Assembly: GCA_963825865.1 (NCBI GenBank)
Contig: CAWGVG010000015.1
Coordinates: 1 to 64,000 of the forward strand
Direction: 5' to 3'
Source: an uncultured Nitrososphaeraceae archaeon
Lineage (GTDB): Archaea; Thermoproteota; Nitrososphaeria; Nitrososphaerales; Nitrososphaeraceae
DNA: 64,000 nucleotides
The notes under the pieces were generated by a model. It searched no databases, had not been told where the DNA came from, and saw nothing but the letters and a program-made list of their open reading frames with translations. Position numbers and translations under genes: made by a program. Of this stretch, positions 36,137-47,195 are shown in pieces. Within the stretch, counting starts at the first letter, position 1; the number at the start of each line of letters is the position of its first letter.

Positions 36137-37340
36137 ATGAAACACAAACGGGTAAAATTAAGTATTTCAATAGCAGTTGTTATATTTTTAACAGGGTTAT
36201 CAAGTGTATTTATTGGAGCAGCAAAAGCACAACAACCACAACAGCCGTCCCAAAGACAATTGTCAATCTCAGAAAACTTGCCTTCATCATCCTCTTCTTC
36301 TCTTACAAAAATATTCAATCAAGTAGAAAATTCTGTAGTTCAGGTTATAAGTACTATTGAATCAGGCAATAATTCAAATCTGCGTATCATCATAAATGGT
36401 AATCCTATAACGCGAAACCAAACTGCATTAGGTTCTGGATTTGTATATGATAAGCAAGGGCATATTGTGACTAACAACCATGTAGTATCTAATGCCAGTA
36501 AGGTAGATGTAACATTTGTGGATGGAAACACATATTCAGCCAAGGTGGTAGGAAAAAATCCTTATAGTGACCTTGCAGTATTACAACTAACCGATAACTT
36601 CTCAGATGAAAGAGTCATTCCTCTTATAATTGCAAACTCATCTCAGTTGCAGGTAGGACAACAGGCAATAGCTATTGGTAACCCATTTGGTCTTAGCGCT
36701 TCTATGACAACAGGTATTGTAAGCCAAATAGGTCGCTTGTTGCCAACTGTGGATACACCTTACTCTATTCCAAATGGTATTCAAACCGATGCTGCAATGA
36801 ATCCTGGTAATTCAGGGGGCCCATTGATTAATATGCAAGGAGAGGTTATTGGGATGAATATTGCAATTATTTCTTCTAGCGGAGTTAATTCAGGAGTAGG
36901 CCTTGCTATTCCTTCTAATACTATTACAAGAGAAGTACCATCGCTAATACAAAATGGAACTTTTATTCATACCTGGATTGGATTTATAGGCGGTAAAATA
37001 ACTCCAGATTTAGCAAAACGATCAGGTTTGCCGCCAAATTATAGAGGTGTGATGGTAGTCTGCAATTCAAGCTGACAGCCCTGCGGCTAAGGCTGGTTTG
37101 AAAGGATTGAGCAATGAAACTACTAATGCTAATGGTGTTGCACGTTTAGGTGATATCATAATAGCAGTTGATAGTCATCCTGTCAGACAAATAGATAATA
37201 TCATAAATTACATTGATTCTCTTTCTCCAGGGGATAATGTAAAGCTGACAGTAAATAGAGGTGGCAAGATAATGGATTTGACTGCAATTCTACAGCCACG
37301 TCCAGCATCGGAGGCAGCATCCTTACCACCGCCACAATAA
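36137..37340 (+). CDS. HtrA/DegP-like serine protease with PDZ (frameshift at ~37060)
   Basis: GSGF, TNNHVV, DLAVL, QTDAAMNPGNSGGPL; PDZ part GDIIIAVD. Confidence 0.92.
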
Positions 37341-37445
37341 TCACCCCAACACCAACAAGATGGATAATAGAAATCAGTCTCTTGGCTACTGGCTTATTAT
37401 TATTAAAGCAGGCATTCATTTGCTTTAATTCTGCTTTTTCCAGCC

Positions 37446-37497
37446 AATTGGTCAATCAATCATAACAGTTGGTCAACTTTGAATGTTAGTTGGTCAG
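37446..37497. promoter_or_regulatory. three TTGGTCA boxes at exact 21-bp spacing upstream of integrase
   Basis: TTGGTCA at 37448, 37469, 37490. Confidence 0.6.
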
Positions 37498-37616
37498 GAG
37501 CTAGATAGCCGTAAGTAATTAATTATAACCTTTTACGTATCATTATCAATAGTTATGTATACTTTCAGGAAACATTATTAACCTATCCTTTATATGCAAA
37601 GGAAGGATCACAACAT

Positions 37617-39148
37617 ATGCAAAAAATAAAAAATACAGCTATAACAGCAGCAGCATCAACATCAAAGGTTAAAGATCTTGAAATAGAAAAAGAAATAGAA
37701 AACAGGAAGATTGCTTTAGCAACTGAAGGTTTTACTTCTAACATACACAGCTATGGTGCAGCCCTGTTAAAAGATAGATCCCGGTTATCCAGAGAGAATG
37801 CATTGACGATATGTGATTATATAATTGCAATGAAAAGGGAAATTAATCCCCGACTTAACACTATAAGGACTACAATTCAATTTCTGTCAGAACTGTCTAA
37901 GACTGTTGGAATAGATAAGAAGTTTAATGATATGATGGCAACAAATGAAGACATTTTACTATATTTAGACAGTTGCAGAAAACCAGAGAATGATGATCCT
38001 CTTCACAAATGGATTGGGACTTTTAACACAAAACGTATTATTTTATTTAGGTTCTTCAGATGGCTGCAGTATCCTGATGTTGCAAATCCTGATAAAAGAA
38101 ATGAGTTATCTGCAGCAGAAAGGAAACCTGAATGCATAATGGATATTCCAAAGCTAAAAAGAAAAGAAGTTAGTTGTTACAAACCTTCAGATATTTGGAC
38201 ACAGGAAGACGATTTACTATTTTTGAAATGGGTTACAAGCAAACGTGATAGATGCTATCATACAATGTCTAGAGACCTGTCAGCACGTCCTCACGAGATT
38301 TTAAACCTGAAAATAAAAGATGTTGTATTCAAAACTGTAGACACAAAGCAATATGCAGAAGTCCTAGTTAATGGTAAGACTGGGAGCAGGCATATCCCAT
38401 TAATACAATCCATTCCATACATCAAGGATTGGTTATCAAATCACCCAAGCAGGAATAACCCAAAGTCTCCTCTTTTTGTAAGTGTGGGTAAGAGAAGTAT
38501 GGGTAGAAAACAACTTACACGTATGGGATTATACAAGATATATAATGACTATAAACATGTATTTTTTCCCAAGTTATTAGAGATCCAACTATATCAAATG
38601 AAGATAAGGAGAATATCAAAGCCTTACTTGCAAAGCCATTTAACCCATACATAAGAAGACATTCAGCATTAACAGAGAAATCAACTAAACTAAAATCCAG
38701 TATATTGAACCAGCATGCAGGTTGGACCATGAATAGCAGTATGGCACAAAAATATCTGCATTATTATGGTAACGAATCAAGTGAATCATTATTAGAAGCA
38801 TACGGCATTGTTACAAAAGACAATATCCCAATTGACAGATTAAACCCCAAGATATGCCATAACTGTAACGAAGGTAATACTGCAGATAGTAAATTCTGTT
38901 CAAAATGTAAAATGATAATGAGCTATGAAGGATATCAGGAAGTACTAGAATCACAGAAGCAGAAGGAAGACGAATTAAAGACAATCAAAGACCAGCAAGC
39001 AGTAATGAATGACATGCTTACAAAGTTAGTTACAGGTCTATCTAATACTACCGATCAAAACCACCTTAACACACTAGCTCAATCATTAGCTGCATCAGGA
39101 ATATTGAAACCTAAGACGATTAATAATGATAAGGATAAAGAAAGGTAA
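37617..39148 (+). CDS. tyrosine recombinase/integrase with C-terminal zinc ribbon (frameshift at ~38585)
   Basis: SARPHEILNLKIKD, KTGSR, NPYIRRHSALT (shifted frame), HAGW, KYLHY, CHNC..CSKC. Confidence 0.92.
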
Positions 39149-39393
39149 TCAAAATACAGAATAAACGTGTGGGAATTCCAACACGATTTATCTATACTCT
39201 TATTCTATTATTTATACTAAGTGCATATATGCATCTTTTCTGAAAATAATGTTACCAAATATAAGTAACATATGTATATGTTACATTTTTCCCTATTTTT
39301 TCACTATCTTGAATGTATTAAATAATATCACCACTATCTATTACTTCGAATGTGCCAAAGTGCTTAAGTTAACTATAGTCGAATGTAGGATGA

Positions 39394-39564
39394 ATGTCTT
39401 CAAATACATTACAAGTATTGAAAGCACCAAAACAAAAGACGAAAAGAATTGTAGTAAGTGAAATCAACTACAACAAACTGGCCGAGCAAGGAAAAGTTAA
39501 CGAGACGTTTAACGATGTGATCACACGGATTCTAACATCTCAAAAAGACCAAAGAGGAGACTGA
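39394..39564 (+). CDS. small RHH / antitoxin-like DNA-binding protein (not in ORF track)
   Basis: MSSNTLQVLKAPKQKTKRIVVSEINYNKLAEQGKVNETFNDVITRILTSQKDQRGD; I.VS..Y..L..G...ETFNDVI.RIL pattern. Confidence 0.7.
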   Translation: MSSNTLQVLKAPKQKTKRIVVSEINYNKLAEQGKVNETFNDVITRILTSQKDQRGD

Positions 39565-39853
39565 GTGAGTAACGTGACAAAATTATTTCTAGGAGCTGAA
39601 AGAAAAAGAAATGGTCTTAACAGAAACAGTACAGCATCAGCAACAAGCTAGAAAACATATCAAAGTTACCGAACATCCGACCTATTCCATGCTCTAGGAT
39701 CTACAATGATGTTTTTGACACCATTATTGTAGAATGTCAGCATCCAGAACATAATCAATCATTATTAAATAAAAAAAGTAGTTAATGGAGAATTTTGAAA
39801 TCAAAATGTTACAATTAATATCAAATAATAAATAATAATAAAAATAGTAAAAA

Positions 39854-39876
39854 TGGTCGGGTAACCAGCCCGACCA
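39854..39876. other. GC-rich 8-bp inverted repeat upstream of replication operon
   Basis: TGGTCGGG-taaccag-CCCGACCA in an otherwise AT-rich intergenic region. Confidence 0.6.
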
Positions 39877-39929
39877 AGCATACACAAGAACCACAGGCAG
39901 CAAACCACAGGGAGCAGGTTTGTTAAACC

Positions 39930-40226
39930 ATGATTAATAATTATTCAGAGGAAGGCAAAAATAAACTTTCTGTTGATTCTACTAATTTTGGACCTGTTAG
40001 ATTAGCCCGACAGGGAGGAGGAGCAGGAGATCCAAGTAATGACAGGATAACAACTTGTAATATTTGCAGAAACAATGGATTTCCACATGAAGCAATAGAG
40101 TTTGAAAAGGTGAACGGTCGAGTTTTGTCAGATGGAACACACGAAGTCGCATCATGGAAACTGAGGGACTATTTCACAGGTCGAAAGCACGAGCATAGAC
40201 AAAAAGAAATGGAGTTTGATGAATAA
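39930..40226 (+). CDS. hypothetical Zn-binding protein upstream of MCM
   Basis: CNIC..GFPHEAIEF..H.H; ends 3 nt before the MCM start. Confidence 0.65.
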   Translation: MINNYSEEGKNKLSVDSTNFGPVRLARQGGGAGDPSNDRITTCNICRNNGFPHEAIEFEKVNGRVLSDGTHEVASWKLRDYFTGRKHEHRQKEMEFDE

Positions 40227-40229
40227 AAA

Positions 40230-42727
40230 ATGGTAGCAGAAGCAGATTTCCATGATTTTGAAGTTCCTCAAAAACTAAAGGAGCAGAATGTAAAAAGAAT
40301 AGCAAAAGAAGGATCTACAATTCTGGTTCAAATGGATGGTAAAACAGTAAGGTTCGATATTGAACGTGATAAATGTCAAAAGACAATGACAAACTTTGAG
40401 AAGCAGTTAAAATTACTGGGAATAATCAATAAGGATTTCTTAAAAGAGCAAGTCATACTAATCTTAAGTGAACATTGGCCAAATATTATGAATGGTAAAT
40501 CTTCTGGTGGTAATGGTCATCAAGGACAGCAACAGCAGGATCAGGAGAAGCAACAACAACAAGAAGAAGAAGAAAATGGAATACCTGCTAAAGAGGTGTC
40601 CATATCTGAAGCATTACGAATGCATTCGGGTTATGTCAAAGTTAAGGACGGTATGATTTCAGGTTCTAGAAAATTGGAGAAGATGTCAGTTAATACGTTT
40701 TTTGTATGTGATTCATGTAAAATGATAAACAAAATAAGCACTTATTCACGTCCAAAATTTGCATTTGAAATAAATAAGTTAGAACATTCTAATAATACTA
40801 GAAAATGTGCCAACTGTTCTGTAAACACTATACCTACTGAGTATGATAACGATGTAAGAAATGCCATAAAAATAGAATTACAGGATGTAAAGACTTTTAG
40901 TGATTTAGAAAGACTACCAGCAGTACTTTTTGACGACTGTACTATTAACGTTGGTGTTGGTGAACAGGTTGCAGTTACAGGTCGAATTTATAAAATAAGA
41001 ATGAATAACAGTATGGTCCCATTCTTATTTGTAGATACGATTGAATATGAAAATAGAGAAGAGCTGTCTGAAGAACCTACTGATGAAGACATTTTAAAAA
41101 TCAAATCTATAATAAGTAAGGCCAGAGAGGAAAAAATTAGCCCAATTGATATACTGGTTAAAATGTTTGCTTCAACTATTATTGGATATGAATTTGTAAA
41201 GAAAGGATTACTTATCTGTGCTGCAAATACAGGTAAGGATTCTGTAGATAAAAGGCTTAGAATTAATGCATTACTAATTGGAGAAACAGGACTTGACAAA
41301 TCACCATTACTCAGGGCAGTAACCAAATTAGCAGCAAAAAGTAGGTATTGTTCAGCATTAAATTCTTCGATTAGAAGTCTTATTGGTATTGTAGAAAAGG
41401 AAGATGATAATCTTATGTTACGTTTAGGTCCAGTTACCTCTTCTAGTGGTGCTATCTGTGCCATTGACGAAATAGGCCGAATGCAATATGAGGATCAAGG
41501 ACAATTACTGAATGCATTACAAGAAGGTAAAATACCATTTGCCAAACATGGGTTTAACACAGTATTGGATGGTTCTGCTACTTATATCATGTCTGCAAAT
41601 CCAACCCACGACGGCACTTGGAGATATGAGAATAAGATAGAACGTGATGAAATACCTTTGCTGGGACCGTTCCTTGATAGAAATGATTTAGTATTTATAT
41701 TTAGGACTAACCGAATTAAATCAGAAATAATAAAATATGCATTTGATAAGGCCGATATATCAGAAGCAACTTATGCAGAGGAAGAAAAGAATCTTAAATT
41801 ACTAAGAACGTTAACATTCTATATTGTAAAAGGTTCAAACCTTCTTTATCTCATGAAGCTAAAAATATACTTATCCAGTTTTATGCTAGTGTAGCAACAC
41901 ATACAGGTTCTCCTAGATTATTTGATACAATCAGAAATATAGCATATGCTATTGCTAGGTTGAAACAAAAAGATATTATCGAAGTAGAAGATGCTAGTGA
42001 TGCTGTACAATTCTATAATGTTATACTACAACAGTTAGAGGAGATAGTTGTAGTAACAAAAGATCCTAGAGAGTTGGTAATAGAAGAAATCATAAAGATT
42101 CTGAATGGTTCAAAATACCAATTTGAATTTATCGAATTAATGAGAGACGTCTGTAATAGAAATGAGTTTGTTTCTAGATATTTTGGTAATGATTTCCATG
42201 TAGATACTAATAAAAAACTAAGAATGCTTCGAGATAGATTTGTCAAAGGAGGAGTAGATAATAGAATATTGATAGTTAGTTTATCACCATTGGTGTTAGC
42301 TTGGAAGTCTTCTTATGATAGTGATGATAAGGCTAAGGCTAAGGCTAAGGATGATAGTAAGACTGATATCCTAACTGACCAAACTGACCAAACTGACCAA
42401 ACTGACCTACCACTTTTTGACAGATCCCACGAAAATAATGTTATATCCGATGATAATAGTTCTAGTAAAATTGATAGTAATATCCACGATACTGATAAAA
42501 ATGACGATAATAATGATGACCCCTTGAAAAAAGCTCAGGTCAGTCAGGTCAGTCAGGTCAGTCAGACAGGCACTTCAGAAAATACGACTAGTAGAAAGTT
42601 CAAGTGTTTTTACTGTGACTTTTATCTAAGCAATGACGATGAACGTGTAAATCACATAAAGTCAGATCATAACGGCAAACTATCATGGCCGACTCAAGAG
42701 GACTTTAAGAATCGGATGGAGAGATGA
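40230..42727 (+). CDS. mcm: MGE-type MCM helicase with C-terminal C2H2 finger (frameshifts at ~41810-41880)
   Basis: Zn finger CDSC..CANC, IELQD, INALLIGETGLDKS (Walker A variant), CAIDEIG (Walker B), SANP, LDRND, SPRLF..AIARLK; tail KFKCFYC..H...H. Confidence 0.88.
42374..42562. repeat. inverted pair of 9-bp tandem repeat blocks
   Basis: (ACTGACCAA)x3+ACTGACCT at 42374-42408 facing (CAGGTCAGT)x3 at 42536-42562. Confidence 0.9.
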
Positions 42728-43778
42728 TGAATCTAGACGATGGATTAGATTTTATCCTCTCCCATTTTCCAAAAGATACACTATGGCCTAGGAAGATATC
42801 CACAAAGGCAACCGATAACCACCAAAGGTTAGTTTATAGTAAAGAGGAAGCACTTGCATGGTTTAAACTGCGTAACTATCTGGATTGCAGGATTAGTGCT
42901 TATCCACCCGTTGATGCTAGTCCTACTCACCATCGATCTTATTATAATAATGATAGACTTGGACCAGTCTAGGTTCAAGTCACGTCTAGCATTAGACAGA
43001 GCATTAGCTAGGACTTTAGATAAGATCAAAGATACATTTGATCTAGTAGTAGAAGAAAAAGAACAACCAGTGTACTGTATTATGGAACCGGAAACGGTTA
43101 TCATATCTATATCCCAATTGAGTCAAGATATGACTAGAAAGAAGGTCAGAGTTTACCAGATATACACAGGAACCATCTAAACACTTCCTACGGTTTGCAG
43201 AGCAATACCTATCAAATGGAAAAGCCGATCCTGAGCATTACAAAACTGTGTCATTTAAGAACTGCATGCTAAGGGTTCCGGGATTTATTAATTCGAAATG
43301 TGGTCAGCAGGTTAGAATTGTAAACAGATGGAATAATAACAATAACAGCAGAGCACCAATATTTTTACTTCTTGGCAGTTTTCTAGCCTACCTAGTAGAT
43401 CAAAATTCATCTAGTAGACGAATGTCATCAACATCAACATCATATACTAATAATAATAATAATAATAATAAAATCACTTGGATAGAATCACTTTTACAAT
43501 CACCGATATTATTATCAGATGGTAGAAAATACTGTTTATGGAGAATATTAGCACCCTATCTTATCAACATAAGAAGGTTGTCATATGAGCAATCATTTAA
43601 CATTATAATAGAATGGTTAGACAAGTGCAACCAGATAGAGAGAAGATTAGACTTTAACCCAAAGACAAAGCTAAAGGAAACACTTGCAAATGTAGGAAGT
43701 TATTACCCGATTAGCCTAGAGAAGTTAAAGCAAGACAATAATGAATTGTATCAAAAAATGATAGTGGAGCAAAGATAA
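42724..43778 (+). CDS. archaeo-eukaryotic primase fused to PriX-like domain (frameshifted)
   Basis: WPRKIST, DCRISAYP, IMIDLD, GNGYHIY (shifted frame), NCMLRVPG; PriX-like DGRKYCLWRILAPYLINIR..EWLDKC. Confidence 0.8.
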
Positions 43779-43788
43779 AAATAAAAAA

Positions 43789-43980
43789 ATGTCAGAATAT
43801 CTATGGACCGGTGAAAGTGCTTTCTGTCATTGTGGTCATCATATCAAGGATCATACGACTTGGAATTTTATACTAGATCCTGTGTTTGTCTGCAATGGTG
43901 AGGATCACGAAGGTTTACGTAGATGCAACTGCAAGGGATTCGTACCGTATAAAGTAATAGAGGAAGAAAAAGAAGGATAA
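43789..43980 (+). CDS. small Cys/His-rich protein
   Basis: CHCGH...H..C...CNCKGF. Confidence 0.6.
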   Translation: MSEYLWTGESAFCHCGHHIKDHTTWNFILDPVFVCNGEDHEGLRRCNCKGFVPYKVIEEEKEG

Positions 43981-43989
43981 GTAAGTTAC

Positions 43990-44217
43990 TCACTTATGGC
44001 CTATAGGTATATGATAGTAATACTCATCCAAATACTCAGAAATCTGGGTCATCATCCAATGAGCTAACTCACTATCGTCAGAACGTGGTAAACGATCAGC
44101 ATCGTCATCAAGTGGTTTTCTACCCTCTATACAGCCCAATGCTCCAAATATCATGTAAAGTTCTGATTTTGATATACCTGTAATATCAAATTTATTTTCA
44201 TGTTTGCTAATTTTCAT
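43990..44217 (-). CDS. hypothetical protein
   Basis: ATG-start 75-aa ORF with globular composition. Confidence 0.5.
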   Translation of the reverse strand: MKISKHENKFDITGISKSELYMIFGALGCIEGRKPLDDDADRLPRSDDSELAHWMMTQISEYLDEYYYHIPIGHK

Positions 44218-44221
44218 AGCT

Positions 44222-44260
44222 GTTCACTCACTCACTCACTCACTCACTCATTCACTCATT
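44222..44260. repeat. (TCAC)n microsatellite
   Basis: TTCACTCACTCACTCACTCACTCACTCATTCACTCATT. Confidence 0.85.
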
Positions 44261-44292
44261 TTCTTCTTTCTTTCTTTCATACCATTCAATCA

Positions 44293-44613
44293 TTATATAG
44301 GATGTCCGGGATAATGATCAGAATCTGCTCTTATCTTAAATCCAATATTATGCTCATCACAGACCTGTATGACATGTCTCATATCTTCTATATCGAGGCT
44401 GTCATATGGCTGTGATATATATTCAGTTTTTCCTTGCTTTGTTTTTCTTGTTTCAAAATGATTTAAATAATTATGATACTCTAACAATGTAACTTTGACT
44501 TTTCCATAGCCAGCATCTACTTCTCTACACAACCATCTTGGAACCTTTCTGCCTACTACTGCTGTCATTTCTTTGATTTCCCTATAAATTCCTTCAATGC
44601 TTGAACTACGCAA
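44293..44613 (-). CDS. hypothetical MGE protein
   Basis: LNHF..YISQPY..I...S.HYPG pattern; possibly 5'-extended. Confidence 0.55.
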   Translation of the reverse strand: MRSSSIEGIYREIKEMTAVVGRKVPRWLCREVDAGYGKVKVTLLEYHNYLNHFETRKTKQGKTEYISQPYDSLDIEDMRHVIQVCDEHNIGFKIRADSDHYPGHPI

Positions 44614-44993
44614 GCCATGAAATGAAAACAGAAAGAATACCTTAGTTTTTTTCCTTATATATCTATATTTTTATATAAATATATAATACTTCTAATTAGA
44701 GTATTTTATCAATATATAATATGACTAGTAATACTACTACTACTATTACAACAGCATCAAGTAATAATAATAAAGATAAAGATAAAGAAGAGGAAAAGAT
44801 CATTGTGTTTTGTAAACAGAGTAGAGATTGATATGGCAATCTATCAAAAAAGCATGAAGATGTGTACTATAAAGAAACATATGATAGAGAGACAGGGAAA
44901 CCATGCTTTGAAAGAGTATATCTAAAGAATAATAATAATAAAACAAACTAATAAGTTAGTCCGTGCTACCATAGTAATACTAGTTAGTTAATT

Positions 44994-45608
44994 ATGTCGT
45001 CAACAACAATACCAGCATCAGTATTATCCACACTAACAGAGGAAGAACAAAAGAAATATCAAGAGAGATTAGCTGATAAAAGTAAGCCGTATTATTATGG
45101 ATATGATATCGAAAAAGATGCAAATGTAATTGTATATCCAGTCTCGAATGTCGATGAAGGTAAATCAATTACTCTTGATATAGCAAGAGGCAGAGGATTA
45201 CAGCTATATCCAAAAAGGAATATTCAGATAATGAACAAAATAAGAGGCATGGTAGTTGGAATGGGAGGATGTGGTCCTATAGATTCGATCCCCGGTGGTA
45301 TAAAGCAGCTTACAGAAGCTAATAGTGATGAGTTTACTATTAACTACATACTTGAAGACTTAGAAAAAGAAAAGAAGGTAGTCAAGGTATATGATTACAA
45401 GTTAGTTGGACCAGCATGGAATACACCAGACTGGGAGAAACCTCATAGAGAGTATGATCCTATTAAATTCAAATGGTATACGATAGAAAAAGCTGAAGTT
45501 GATGGTGTCCTTGAGATAAAGTGCAGGTATTGTAGTAAAAAGTTTCCTTCAGAACATGACATGAAAAAGCATTTCAACAATAGCCATACCCCACGACGTA
45601 GGGTATAG
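44994..45608 (+). CDS. C2H2 zinc-finger protein, module copy 1
   Basis: CRYCSKKF..HFNNSH; highly similar to 53735-54205. Confidence 0.8.
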   Translation: MSSTTIPASVLSTLTEEEQKKYQERLADKSKPYYYGYDIEKDANVIVYPVSNVDEGKSITLDIARGRGLQLYPKRNIQIMNKIRGMVVGMGGCGPIDSIPGGIKQLTEANSDEFTINYILEDLEKEKKVVKVYDYKLVGPAWNTPDWEKPHREYDPIKFKWYTIEKAEVDGVLEIKCRYCSKKFPSEHDMKKHFNNSHTPRRRV

Positions 45609-45700
45609 TAGTAGTAGTATTATTAGTAGTGCTACTACTATCAGAGCATAAAGAATAAAGCTTTCCTTCATCATTATATAATTTGAGATAATAATCAAAA

Positions 45701-46173
45701 ATGATTGATAGTAATAATATGGCTGAAATGATGAAGGACATCTCAATTTATAATTTGGACCCATATAGGAAGATGGTGAAAAATACTAAAACCGGAGCAT
45801 ACATTATTTGCAATAATTCAACTAATGAAGTGGAAAGTAAAGGAGTGATAAATCCTAATCCTAATCCTCCTCCTGCTCCTGCCTTGAGTACCAGCATCAA
45901 AAAGGTTCTGAGCAAAATAATATTGTTGATAACAGCTTTGCTCTAGAGATGTATGGACTAGTGAATCTATGTTCGGGTAAAACAAGTACTTATGAAGATA
46001 TTCAAACTAACTATATGTCTGCTTATCCTTCTTCTCATCAACAACGTCAATATTTGAAGGGTTCACATCAGCAACAGAGAAATAATAACGTCAATAATAA
46101 TATACTGGCAATAGAGCTGTACGAACAGCTTGTTAACCAGTTTATCGGAGGAGGTAATCATAATGGCTGGTAA
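45701..46173 (+). CDS. Q/N-rich hypothetical protein, module copy 1 (frameshifted)
   Basis: RKMVK..YIICN, ALEMYGLVN, AYP..QYLK, AIELYE..GGGN.NGW; collinear with 54308-54733. Confidence 0.75.
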
Positions 46174-46309
46174 GAAATATAGTAAAAATATCAAACCAAA
46201 AACAGCACCGGGCTTGGAATCGAGTCATGGTCCTTTATCTGCTGACTCTTCGGTAAGTGGTAATCCAACTGTATTAGCTCCTAATAGAAAATCTAAGAAA
46301 GCAAAGTAA
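46163..46309 (+). CDS. 48-aa basic micro-protein, module copy 1 (not in ORF track)
   Basis: MAGKKYSKNIKPKTAPGLESSHGPLSADSSVSGNPTVLAPNRKSKKAK; GGAGGT RBS upstream; conserved paralogue at 54723. Confidence 0.75.
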   Translation: MAGKKYSKNIKPKTAPGLESSHGPLSADSSVSGNPTVLAPNRKSKKAK

Positions 46310-46463
46310 GTAAGGTAGTTAGTTAGCTCGTTAGCTAATAATATGCAAAAAAACGGCATAACTGAGCACAACCAGTTTACATGTACATTGTATATTGTCT
46401 ATAAGATAATATAAGATAATGTATAATATATAATATATTTATGATTGATTATTTATAATATAT

Positions 46464-46599
46464 AATAGTAATAGCTGGATGATAGTATGAGCAAAGCTAC
46501 AACTAAAACACACTTTATTATTATTGTATTATTTCATTAAAAATAGTAATAGCTGGTTAATTGTGTGAGTAAATCTACTAATAAAACACACTTTATTAT
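46464..46599 (+). repeat. two ~58-bp imperfect direct repeats, period 78
   Basis: AATAGTAATAGCTGG...TAAAACACACTTTATTAT at 46464 and 46542. Confidence 0.75.
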
Positions 46600-46828
46600 C
46601 CAACTATCGTAGATTAGCATTTTCTGACATGTTCTGATAGGGTTGGACCATATTTTAAGCCAAAATATAACATATAATAATAATAATATAATGACTACTG
46701 AACTAAAGTTCTGGATTGCAATGCTGTTATTATTAACTACTATGCAATTTGGTATTGCTGGTTTCAGATTTTTGTTATCAAAATAATTAATGATGATAAC
46801 AAGAGAGTATAATTATAACTTGCCTCTA

Positions 46829-47060
46829 ATATACAGCTAGAAGGAATGGATGAAGAGGGAAAAATAAAATAGTAGATAACAAGAAGTTAACTTGCTCCCT
46901 AACATTTGACTTGATTGTTTCTCACTCAGGATAATAGTAATAATATGATATGATATAATAGTAGAAGAATAATAATACTCACTCATTATTATATTATATT
47001 ATTTTATTATCATTATCCTGTCTCTCATTCTTTCCTTCCTTCCATTTCTATTATTATTAT
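46829..47060 (+). repeat. structured long-hairpin repeat, copy 1
   Basis: GAAGGAATG..GAGGGA / AACAAGAAGTTAACTTGCT / CAGGATAATAGTAATA ... ATTATCCTG TCTCTCATTCTTTCCTTCC. Confidence 0.8.
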
Positions 47061-47195
47061 TTACCACTACTACTATTATCTACTACTTCCGTACATAGAA
47101 GGATATGATTTTTCTACAAAGAGATTGATTGTTTCCATTTGAAAGTAAATAAATAAAAAAGAATAATAAAAATAACTGTTTATTAACAAATCTAG

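Noticed and set aside
41904-41924. Partial gapped similarity of spacer 56120-56155 (reverse complement) to the MCM gene
   Set aside because: Needs a 1-nt gap, covers ~20 of 36 nt and the implied reading frames disagree.
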